Shown here: positions 21,854 through 33,137 of the stretch, in pieces
How positions within the stretch are numbered: the stretch's first letter is position 1
Layout of the letters: each line of letters begins with the position of its first letter
NCBI GenBank assembly: GCA_950097015.1
Contig: CATNEN010000001.1
Location: 14,446,001 to 14,510,000, forward strand
Length of the DNA stretch: 64,000 nucleotides
Origin: Macrostomum hystrix
Lineage: Eukaryota > Animalia > Platyhelminthes
Direction: 5' to 3'
Position numbers and translations under genes: made by a program
Notes under the pieces: generated by a model
What the model was told of the DNA's origin: nothing
The model's database searches: none
What the model saw: only the letters and a program-made list of their open reading frames with translations

Positions 21854-24800
21854 TTAGTGTTGCTGCTGCTGCTGCTGCTGCTGCTGGTGTCCCGGCAGTA
21901 GCCGCATACTGGAAGCCGTGCTGAAATTTGACACGACACTGTCGCCTCGAGTCAGACCTGGCGGATGTCGCGGTTCTGCAGCCTTCTTAATAGTGAGCTT
22001 TGGTGCAGCATTTGAAATGGCGCGACAAACACCTCTACCTCCTCCGCCAGCGCCGCGGCCGCCACCGTCGCCGCCACCGCCGCCGCTGCCAACCGAGGTT
22101 GGAATGGCTTTGCGCACAGAAAATTTCGGCAGGCAGTCGAGATCAGCGGGCTCTTCGCCAGCTTCGATGTTAGTCTTGACTGTGGACAGATCTAGTGCTG
22201 CTGTCGACTGTGCTGCCGACGGAGGCGTGGGCGGCGGAAGGGCCGGCGATATGGGAGGAGGCGGTGTGGCGGAGTTAGAACCGTCCTCGTCCGAGGCGCT
22301 GCGCCGTTGCAGCTTCTTTGGCAGCTTGGCCGGCTTCAGATGCTGCTGCTGCTGCTGCTGCTGCTTCTGCAGCTGTTTAACAGCTCTGGCTTTAGCCCAT
22401 CGATTTGATTTACTACCGGCATTTGAAGCGCCGGTTAAGGAGGCCAACGAACCAGTTGCGCCAGCTGCGGCCGCGTTGTTAGACGAAGCCGACGAGGAGT
22501 TTCTGCGAATGCTGGCAGCGAACGGATTGCCGCGGTCGAAGCCACGAGTCATTGCAATCTGAAAGCAGAGTGTTGAGAGGCCTGCTGGAGAAAGTGCTCA
22601 ATTTTTACGACAGTGTACGCATAACGGGAGCAGGCATGCAATGTACACAGCTGGAAGAAGATAAGGTGGTTAGTGGCAGTGTACATTTGGAGGGGGTGGC
22701 TGGTAGCAGTGTACATTTGGAGGGGTGGCTGGTAGCAGTGTACATTTGGAGGGGGTGGCTGGCAGCAGTGTACATTTGGAGGGGGTGGCTGGTAGCAGTG
22801 TACATTTGGAGGGGGTGGCTCGTAGCAGTGTAAATTTGAGACAGTGGGTTCCAAATCATGCCGCCCACCTGTACAGGCATGATAACGTCGAGCACGACCC
22901 TATTGGACGATGTCTGAGCCGTAGCCTGTACAAACAGTTCGTGACAGTTGTCAATGATGCAGGCCACAATGTTTGCCTGATGCTGGGAGATGCGGGCAGC
23001 CTCCATCAGACCATTGGAACCGGTGCCGATTGGCGGCTGCTGGCAGAGATTCGGAGCCCAAACCAGAGCCAGGTTGTGCGAGTGCATCAGGGTGCGCTTG
23101 GTGTGGCCAGAAACCCGATGCAGGTGGTTGAACAGGTACTGGGCCACTCTGCAGTCAGTGATTTGGAATATTCTTTTGTTGCATCAATTTGCTTAACATT
23201 CACCAGAAGCAGATATCAGACGAAGATTCACCGTTATACAAATATTATCCTGTTATCCTCATCTACTATCTTCGGCCTTCTAAAGACTGTTTTACTCAAT
23301 AGATTTCCCACTCCATAATTCTTCCCATTTCCAGAGAGTTATCCCACTCCATAATTATTCCCATTTCCAGAGAGTTATCCCACTCCATAATTCTTCCCGT
23401 TTCCATAGAGTTATCCCACTCCATAATTCTTCCCATTTCTATAGAGTTATCCCACTCCATAATTCAACCCATTTCCATAGAGTTATCCCACTCCATAATT
23501 CTACCCATTTCCATAGAATTATCCCACTCCGTAATTCTTTCCATTTCCATAGAGTTATCCCACTCAACAATTCTTCCTTTTCAATAGAGTTATCCAACCC
23601 AATAATTCTTCCCATTACCCAACAGATCCCAATCCCATGTCTCACCGGAAGTGCACTGGTGACATCTGTGCCACGCAGTCACGCAGCTGGTTAAACTCCG
23701 GCTGACAGGCCGTGAACCGATCAGACAGCAGAGGCTCAGCCAGCTCTCTGAAGTAGGTCTTCAACAGGTTGGTGTAGTTGTGCATTGCCGAGCGGTAGGG
23801 ACACATAGGCGCCTGGCTACTGGCAGTCAGCGCATCTTCTCCCACCGTCTCATTGGTCGGAGCTGATGCGACAGTGTCGTCAGCCGTAGGTTTGTCAGCG
23901 GTTGGCTCAGTTGACTCAACCATCTTTGTACCAGTGTCCGCACCACCGACAGATGGCTTCGATCGATTGAATGGATCGCTGGTGATTGTGACAGGACCGG
24001 CTCTGACACAGGTGCACACGTCATCAGGCTGATTGCCATACTCAAATATCTGAGCATGCGGGCAGTTGTGGTTGAGTTCTTTGTCCCAGCAATAAATTTA
24101 TAGGATCTCACAATGTCATTTATGTTTCCCATCACAAACTGAAAATCCCACCTACCCAGAGAATCCCATTCCCAGCTACCCATAGAATCCCATTCTCACC
24201 TACCCATAGAATCCCATTCTCACCTACCCATAGAATCCCATTCCCAGCTACCCATAGAATCCCATTCCGAGCTACCCATAGAATCCCATTCCGAGCTACC
24301 CATAGAATCCCACTCCCAGCTACCCATAGAATCCCATTCTCACCTACCCATAGAATCCCATTCCCAGCTACCCATAGAATCCCATTCCGAGCTACCCATA
24401 GAATCCCATTCCGAGCTACCCATAGAATCCCACTCCCAGCTACCCATAGAATCCCATTCCCAGCTACCCATAGAATCCCATTCCCAGCTACCCATAGAAT
24501 CCCATTCCCAGCTACACATAGAATCCCATTCCCAGCTACCCATAGAATCCCACTCCCAGCTACCCATAGAATCCAATTCTCACCTACCCATAGAATCCCA
24601 TTCTCACCTACCCATAGAATCCCATTCTCACCTACCCATAGAATCCCATTCCCAGCTACCCATAGAATCCCATTCCCAGCTACCCATAGAATCCCATTCT
24701 CACCTACCCATAGAATCCCATTCCCAGCTACCCATAGAATCCCATTCCGAGCTACCCATAGAATCCCATTCCCAGCTACCCATAGAATCCCACTCCCAGC

Positions 24801-27800
24801 TACCCATAGAATCCCACTCCCAGCTACCCATAGAATCCCATTCCCAGCTACCCATAGAATCCCATTCCCAGCTACCCATAGAATCCCATTCCCAGCTACC
24901 CATAGAATCCCATTCCCAGCTACCCATAGAATCCCATTCCCAGCTAACCATAGAATCCCATTCCCAGCTACCCATAGAATCCCATTCCCAGCTACCCATA
25001 GAATCCCATTCCCAGCTACCCATAGAATCCCACTCCCAGCTACCCATAGAATCCCATCCCCACCTACCCATAGAATCCCATTCCCAGCTACCCATAGAAT
25101 CCCATTCCCAGCTACCCATAGAATCCCACTCCCAGCTACCCATAGAATCCCATTCCGAGCTACCCATAGAATCCCATTCCCAGCTACCCATAGAATCCCA
25201 CTCCCAGCTACCCATAGAATCCCATTCCCAGCTACCCATAGAATCCCATTCCCAGCTACCCATAGAATCCCATTCCCAGCTACCCATAGAATCCCATTCC
25301 CAGCTACCCATAGAATCCCACTCCCAGCTACCCATAGAATCCCATCCCCACCTACCCATAGAATCCCATTCCCAGCTACCCATAGAATCCCATCCCCACC
25401 TACCCATAGAATCCCATTCCCAGCTACCCATAGAATCCCATTCCCAGCTACCCATAGAATCCCACTCCCAGCTACCCATAGAATCCCATTCCGAGCTACC
25501 CATAGAATCCCATTCCCAGCTACCCATAGAATCCCACTCCCAGCTACCCATAGAATCCCATTCCCAGCTACCCATAGAATCCCATTCCCAGCTACCCATA
25601 GAATCCCACTCCCAGCTACCCATAGAATCCCATTCCCAGCTACCCATAGAATCCCATTCCCAGCTACCCATAGAATCCCATTCCCAGCTACCCATAGAAT
25701 CCCATTCCCAGCTACCCATAGAATCCCACTCCCAGCTACCCATAGAATCCCATTCCCAGCTACCCATAGAATCCCATTCCCAGCTACCCATAGAATTCCA
25801 TTCCCAGCTACCCATAGAATCCCATTCCCAGCTACCCATAGAATCCCATTCCCAGCTACCCATAGAATCCCATTCCCAGCTACCCATAGAATCCCATTCC
25901 CAGCTACCCATAGAATCCCATTCCCAGCTACCCATAGAATCCCATTCCCAGCTACCCATAGAATCCCATCCCCACCTACCCATAGAATCCCATTCCCAGC
26001 TAATTATAGAATCCCGAACACTCAATACCTATATAATCTAAAGATACCATTAGGTACCTGCAGAATGCATAAACATAAGAACCAGCCTTCTGCCAGTCAT
26101 CCTGACATTGTACAGAAGTAGTATTCAGGTAAGAATCTAGCTAGGCTTAGTGTTTACGCTAAATCTGTCTATTCAATACTCTCTGTGTCTCGAATTGCAT
26201 CTGAGGCTATGTGCCAACTAACCTGCATTAGGCGCTGAACCTCCAATCCGTTGCCACACTTCCGGTAGAGACCCTCGTGACAGGTGCCGTGCGATTCTAT
26301 CAGGTTGGCACAGTACACTAGCACGGGCGGGTAGTCCAGATTGTATTCGCCAAGGTAGCTGGCCAGATCTGAGCCGAAAATGCCGTTTCTAAGAATGCCC
26401 GTGCGGCGGAGCTGGTTGGGATCGGGGCGCGAACGGAAGAATGCTCTCAGACTGTCCAATAGGCGGGGATATTTGGCCCTAACTGGGCCTGGTGTCTGCT
26501 CCTGCTGCTGCTGCTGCAATTGCTGTTGCTGTTGTTGCTGTGTCACTGGAGATGATTTCTTGGCGTGCTGAAATTGATTCAATAGGATTTTTAACGGAAT
26601 CTTCACTCGTCACGGGAATGGTGGAGGAAAGAGAGTTTGAAGTTTGATAAGATGAAAGGCGATGGGGGAGAAAGACGAGAGGGTAGAGGATAGAAGGGAC
26701 TGGTAAGAGGGGAGAGTGGAGAGAGAAAATGCGGTAGGAGAAAAGATAGGGAAGAAAAGATATGTGAGATGATAGAGAGGAAAGTAGAAAGAGGAAAGGA
26801 AAGAGGGGAGAGGGGAAGTAGAGGGGAAGAGGGGAGAGTAGAGGGGGAGAGGGGAGAGTAGAGAGGGGAGAGGGGAGAGTAGAGAGGGGAGAGGGGAGAG
26901 TAGAGAGGGGAGAGGTGGGAGTAGAGAGGGAGAGGGGAGAGTAGAGGGGGAGAGGGGAGAGTAGAATGGAGAGATGAGAGAGAAAGTAGAAAGAGGAGAG
27001 CAAAGAGAGAGGAGAGACGGGAGAAAGAGAATGGAGAGAGTGGAGAGTAGAGGGGAGAATAGAGAGGAGAGAGGAGAGAGGAGAGAAAACATATATATAT
27101 TTTTTTATTTCCTCTCTCCTCTCGGCTTTTCTCCTCTTCTGTCTCTGAGCAAGAAAAGCGAAGGAGAAAAATGGGTAGTAGGACAGTAAAGGAAGTAACA
27201 CAGGAGAGGGGGGATTTAGAGCATAGGCCGGGCAGCTCACCATAAGCTCCTCATCCGTGCTGCTCTGCATAGCCATCTGCTGTTCCTTCCTGGTGACACT
27301 GGCAGGCGTATCGCCAGGCCCTACAATCCTGACACAGTTGGACGGAAAGAAGCCGATGCGCCTTCGCCGCTGAAGAGAGGCCCGGCTGCCGCCGTCAGTA
27401 AAACAGCAGCCGGCACCGCCTAGCAGAGAATCTTCGCACGAGACAGGCGCATCTTTTTCTAATTCTTCTTTAGGCACAATTTTACCTTCCCACCAGGTGG
27501 GCGAGTCCACATTAACGCTGACATAGGTGACGGCAACATAGTCGCCGCAGTTCAACGCCAGCTCATCCTCGCAGGCGGGCTTGAAGTCGCGAACAGCAAC
27601 GGCTAACTCGATACCCTGGCAACAGCAGGCGTTTCAGAACAGAGAGTGTACGAGCTATACGCAATGCCTGACACACAGGAAGTGCCAGCCTAAACACTGC
27701 CTCACATTGCAAACTATATTTAATCAATGCTATACTGCAATGCAATGCTAATCAGTGCTGGACTTTCACTGATATATTCACCTATATCACCTGACTAGGT

Positions 27801-29307
27801 GAACCTGCAAATTGAGTGAATCTACTAATTGAGTGAATCTACTAATTGAGTGAATCTACTAATTGAGTGAATCTACTAATTGAGTGAATCTACTAATTGA
27901 GTGAATCTACAAGCCGAGTGTATTGTTTATAACAGTGTACCTGAGTATTGTAACGGTCGGCCAGTGACTGTCGATTGCCTTTGCAGTCAATATCTAGAAT
28001 GTCCAAAGCGAGCGGGCAGACTAGCTTGGAGCAGAAGTCCTGTTGGCCGCTTAAACTACTAAAGCAGCGAAAGTAGTACTGCAAGATAATCTCCATCTGC
28101 TTCTTAGCTGTCAGGTTGCTAGGCGAGAAGCTGCGATAGGACTGGGCAAATGTCTGCCTCAGATCGAACAGATTATTATACTTGGCCGATCTTTGTAAGC
28201 AGCATTTGTGCAGCCATTCGTCAAATTCAATCAGCTGATGCAGGTGACGCACAATTTGCCATTCGGCGCCGTTACTTTTCACGGTCATGTTGACTCTGAC
28301 CTCTTTCAACATTGTGGTTAAAGAGGCCATCTCTTTGGCGTCTAGGTGACTGTCTCCGCCAGCACCACTTGTTGCTACTGCTGCTGCTACTGCTGCTGAT
28401 GGCGAAGATTCATTGCTGTTGCTTGCGGAAGCTTCATCTGCGTCGTTATACTCGGCGACTAGATGTGCGATTTCCTTCATTATTATGAGTGAATGCCAGA
28501 TGTTTTAATTGGCTGACTAATAAATAACAAAATCATCAGTATTAGCAATTCTAGCCAGCGAGAAGTTGTGTACATTCTCACACTGTGTCTTGCGGGTTGG
28601 TTGGCCTTTGTGGGCGTAAATTTGCAAGACAGGCCTGCGGGCAATGGCACATCATTTGGTGACACCAGACACGCAGCCAGCGAGGAGGCAATTCTGCCCC
28701 ATTCAGCTGACTCCTGAGCACACACGCACACAGATACCGTACACAGGCACACGCTCACACAGGTTTGTACAACTGTCCTTAATTTTTCATCGTCAGGCAG
28801 TGTACACCTTCACTGTGCTTTGAGGTTGGCCCTCAAGGGCCCCACGACAAGAATCGAGCCGCGGAATCGAGCTCAGGGACCTTGGCACGACAGGCAAACG
28901 CGTTAGATCGTTCTGCCACTGACCGCCTAAAATTTGTTTCTACCATAGACAAGAGAGCCACTTTACAATTGAACGCTCTATTCGCTCACCTGCAAATTGA
29001 TAGACACTTCGCCAACAACAACAGATATCTGGGTCAAATTCATACAGGACGGTATGTAATGATTGTGAGATCGTTTCTTTAGTGTGGCTGACAATTTGCA
29101 AGTCCTGGGCCGATCCAGATTTTCCCAACTGTTGTCGCGATGCAGCACCGGATGACCGGCATGACAGCTTGAGGCATGAGCAAGATTTTGCTCATCGGAA
29201 TCAGGATCAATCTCTGTTTCCGCTACAGCTTCAGATACAGAAGTGCCTATAACAGACTCCTCTGATCCTGATGTTGCCTCCGCACTAACAATGTCACCAT
29301 CGGACAT
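21854..29307 (-). CDS. PX-SH3-RhoGAP protein, ARHGAP32/33 (RICS/TCGAP, CdGAPr)-like, about 986 aa; exons 29307-28990, ~28474-27941, 27615-27241, 26567-26223, 24049-23646, 23148-22869, 22558-21854
   Basis: All junctions GT-AG and in phase (exon 2 acceptor least certain). PX-like WQIVRHLHQLIEFDEWLHKC; SH3 AVAVRDFKPACEDELALNCGD..WWEGK..GFFPSNCV; LRAFFRSRP..LRRTGILRNGIFGSDL; GAP GLYRKCG with arginine finger, LLKTYFRELAEPLL, MHSHNLALVWAPNL. Confidence 0.9.
22670..22835. repeat. 30-bp minisatellite in the last RhoGAP intron
   Basis: gtagcagtgtacatttggagggggtggctg, about 5 units. Confidence 0.9.
23305..23620. repeat. 33-bp minisatellite in a RhoGAP intron
   Basis: ttatcccactccataattcttcccatttccatagag-type units. 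Confidence 0.9.
24145..26000. repeat. 24-bp minisatellite (cccatagaatcccattcccagcta)n filling most of RhoGAP intron 4
   Basis: About 77 units; source of the 441-aa WDSMGSWE pseudo-ORF. Confidence 0.97.
26660..27090. repeat. Polypurine low-complexity tract in RhoGAP intron 3
   Basis: agagaggggagaggggagagt-type units. Confidence 0.85.
27808..27910. repeat. 17-bp tandem repeat (actaattgagtgaatct)n in RhoGAP intron 2
   Basis: About 6 units. Confidence 0.9.
28575..28925 (-). mobile_element. SINE family A, rearranged copy preceded by a second fragment, in RhoGAP intron 1
   Basis: ctgcgggcaatggcacatcatttggtgacac ... ggaatcgagctcagggaccttgg ... tctgccact. Confidence 0.75.
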
Positions 29308-30329
29308 TATTTATTTAGTTGAATCTCGTGTTATAGAGTTTCAAATATCCGAGCGATGTGAATAATTTCTCGCAGCTGGAGTGTTCAGTGAGTGTGCTGC
29401 TTCTGCTTTATACTTGTTATGGAAAATTAGACGGTACAAAGCTACACAGCACACAGGAATGCGTGCATGTATCAAAATTATAATCAGACTAGAAATGTAA
29501 CCCGAAGGCAAGTACGCAAACAGTCAGTTGCTGCCGTTTGTTAATTATAAGTGTTTAAGCTGCTAAAAAGTGGACTGAAATCAAGATTTTTCATGGTTGG
29601 GTAGGGGGGAGTAGGTTTGGCGCCTGGCACAATTGCACGAGGCCCAATTGCTTAAGACAAACAATAACGCCAAGAGCCTAACGAGTTGGGTCAAATTTAT
29701 TAAGGAGTCAAATTACAGTAGCTAGCTAGCGCATATAATAACTAATAGATTAGTTATCTATATATAATAGCACGCATTGACACGACTAGATTTTTTATAG
29801 ACTTTTCTATAGACATGGCAAAACATATTTAAACTAATTTTCTATTAATGAATAATGAATTTGTGAATGAGAAACAGGGAATTTCACTGCCATTTGCTAG
29901 ATAGGTGAGAAAAAACTAGTAATTCGTTAATTAACTACTGCTAATTTACTACTGCTAATACCTTGGAGTTTCATTTCTTTCACATGCTTTACTTTCTGTT
30001 TGCACAAGTAATAAAATATAGTTTTTTAACTATCCAAGATCCAAAACTACCCCCAACCTGATTTTGGCTTTTCTAAAGTTACTTAAAATTCAAGGTGCAA
30101 ACATAATCAGTATTTATGTGATTTCAACTAGTCATGCCACATCATTTTTCTATGGCCAGAACTAAAGGGAAAATTTAAATTACTTTTTCATTTATAAAAA
30201 CAAACAGCATTAAACATAGTTATTGAACTTTAAACATTCATAAAGAATAGCAGTGAGCTATCCAGAACTGAATGGCACAGAACACATTGGTGGGGTAGAG
30301 CTGCCACTAAAGGTACAAATCAAGGCGAC

Positions 30330-30835
30330 TCTGAAACAAAGAACCCAATGTGCCATGCATGCTCCAAAATTTCCTATTTGCATGGGCCCATATGCCTTCA
30401 ATTGTGCTTGAATTGGACGCGATGATTCACCACCACTTGGTTGGTTAATTCTGCATACACAAGCCAGCCATCCATTAAGATGCATGTTCTAGGCACAACA
30501 TGGCACTGGATAATGAGAAGTAGTGTAGCAGCAGAATGGTCCGGCACAATATCCATCATACACTTGTTGGTCGGCATTTGGCCATCCCTAGGACCCAGTG
30601 TCCCTCACATGAGGTGCCCTTGTGATATTGCTGTGGATTTGTCTACGTCCTCCACTCTGCAACTGGGCCCACCCAATTTGACTGGATCTCTTGACTGTGT
30701 CTACAAGTAGGCGAGCTTAATTTAGTTGATTTAGTTAGCAGGCTAGTAGGTGGTGTTTTGCCACCCATTGCATGGTTGTTGGTATGTCTGGGGTCACCTT
30801 GTATACGTGCTGAAGGGTAAAGGCCATGTTCATTA
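30330..30835 (-). pseudogene. Decayed Merlin-superfamily (IS1016/IS1595-like DDE) transposase
   Basis: Hand translation across frameshifts gives PVKLGGPSCRVEDVDKS / QYHKG..GHWVLGM / TNKCMMDIVPDHSAATLLLIIQCHVVPRTCILMDGWLVY..VVNHRVQF / STIEGIWAHANRKFWSMHG. This matches the Merlin motif order GG..VEIDES, KYHRG, WVFG, VPDRSAATLLPII, SDGW.AY, VNHS, TIEG.W. Confidence 0.8.
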
Positions 30836-31572
30836 GATTAAGTAGCTCCACAGCTGGAACAACTTCAATAGGTGCAACAATAAATGATGGAGTAGCAGTG
30901 CATCTAGCCATTTGCTCAGTGTTGACAATTGGAGAGAAAGAGAGTCAGATTGGCAAAGAGCCAGCCATCACTTTATACATATTCCATTAGTTCTTGTCAT
31001 AGAAAAATGACATGGATGGTATGTCTCTAGTTGGCTTCAATTTAAACTCTGGTTTTGAGCATAGGCAGATAATGTGGCATGTCTATTTGGATCAATTTCA
31101 GACTCTACATGATATGTAAACAGCTATTTAAAATTATAAATAATTATAACAAACACACTGCAATATTGCCTAAATTAAATAGTGTCTATATAATATAGCT
31201 ATACGGTAACATAAAAGTAAAGTAACAAACTGTATATAACTTTTGGTTTTAACAAAGTTTCATATATAAAATTTAATGTGTTAATGTGTTCTGTTTTTTC
31301 TCTGTGTAATCATAGAAAATAAGAGTACAGTAATTGTTTAATTAATTATGATTCTAAAATGAGAAATTAAACAACTTAACACTATCTAGCAATTTTAGGG
31401 CTAAGGCCAGTTTTATTTTTAGTATAATTTGGTGTAAAATTTGTACAAGATGCGCCAATTTTGCTATCAAGATCCAGACAATGGCCATGGGGCATAAAGG
31501 CAAAACTGGCACACAACAGCTTTCTTCTAGAATCTTGGTGTAATTGGCACACGTCACACACAAGAAATTTTA

Positions 31573-32018
31573 GGATCCTAGACACTTTGTCAACTTACAA
31601 CTTCAGCATCTTACAACTTTGTCATCCACTTGGAAAATAAGACACTTTGTCATCTAGCCAATTGGCATAATTTAAAGTTGGGTCAGTTTGTCATCTACTA
31701 ATAACAAGCAATCAAGTTTGACATCAATAAAGTGAAGGTGGGGTGGTGGGGCAGAGTTGTGAACACACTTCACACTCTAAGTTGTCAAAAATAGGTGTCA
31801 AAACTAATTTCATTATAACTTCAAGTGTTAAAAGATAGGTGCCAACACGATGTGAGGAGGGGTGGGAAGGGGTGGTTCTGTTCCAACTTTGAAAACTTTT
31901 GTTTTATAGATGACGAAGTGTCCAAAAGTCTAAGTCTCTTTGTCATCTGCCCTCTGCAATATTGGATAGATTGTCATTTGGATGACAAAGTTGTAAGATG
32001 ACGAAGTGTCCAGGTACC
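31573..32018. mobile_element. Non-autonomous Merlin-type MITE, 446 bp
   Basis: Imperfect TIRs ggatcctagacactttgtca..ttacaactt / aagttgtaagatgacgaagtgtccaggtacc, GG termini, 8-bp TSD aaatttta (31565-31572) / gaatttta (32019-32026), and subterminal copies of the TIR core. Confidence 0.75.
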
Positions 32019-33137
32019 GAATTTTAGTGGCTGCTGGCACACATACTCACATAGCATGATCCTGACTATGGATTTTCAGCATTTTTACTTGGTTTCTCAC
32101 AACTACCTTTAGCTTCTGCTTCTGTGAACCTAACTTAGTTAATTACATTAAGAGCTCATTTAAAACAGACTTTATTTTCATCCATGTTTTACAACATATT
32201 AAAATTCATTGTTATATTTGCTATGGGATTATGCAGCAATCTTAATAGAAAAATCTTACTATAAATTAGAATGAAACTTTGAATGAATAAATGCCTCAAT
32301 ATTATGCATTGTTCTACTTATGTGTGTAGGCTTAGCTAATGAGGTCTGAAAGAGAGCATTCTAAACATTCAGACTTTGCTTGCTAATATACAGTTTTTTG
32401 TAATTCACTAAGAAATAAAAATAAAATCTGAATGACGTTTTAAAAGTAAAAAAGAAAGTTATGTCCGTGAAATTCGTCGAATCACTTAACGCAATCCGGT
32501 CCAGCAGATCTTTGGATAAAACCTCATTTCAAGTTATCGCCTTTTTTAGAAATTGCAAGAAACGGAAAGAACAGGAGAACTGAGAAGATAAAACAAAAAG
32601 TTACTAAAATTAAATATTAGTTTACCTTAAAAACTGCAAAACTCTCACTTTTGGACCAAATATATAACAATAAACTTTTAATTAATGGTATTTGTGTTAT
32701 TTTTGTTACACAAAAAACTTCGGCAGTAACAACAACACGTTTAAATTCTAAACTTCGTATAGTTTTTTGCGCACCTTTTAATTAGAAAACAAATCCATAA
32801 GTAATCCAAAACACAAAATGGAATCGCAAAAGAAAAAGTCGCAAACGAAACAGGATCGATTAAAGAATGTAAGCGTCGTTTTAAGATTTCTCATAACTCG
32901 TACAGACGAAAGTCGAACCGCTTGCTTCGAAATAGCCTTTTCACTGATGTTTTGCTTCAGGGCAGTGAACATATTTAATCTCTAGTCTAAACCGGACTCA
33001 AGAAACAAGAAAAAACTAAATATGTGCAACAAAAATTACTGAAATTTTTGTGATTGATTAATAACTTACGGTTTCTTGACTTTCTTAACTATAATAGGCC
33101 TAGTTATGCATTTGCATTCGATTTTCAAATATTTCAG

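Noticed and set aside
21918-22562. 214-aa plus-strand ORF, and similar antisense ORFs at 54594-55133, 56506-56931 and 22725-23318
   Set aside because: Shadow ORFs opposite GC-rich genuine exons
23827-24183. Apparent frameshift in RhoGAP if the TTTTCAG acceptor near 24139 is used
   Set aside because: The acceptor at 24050-24051 gives an in-frame LMQ|IFEYGNQPDDV junction consistent with the GAP domain
24700-26025. 441-aa ORF of WDSMGSWE repeats
   Set aside because: By-product of a stop-free 24-bp minisatellite inside a RhoGAP intron; flanking exons splice in phase without it
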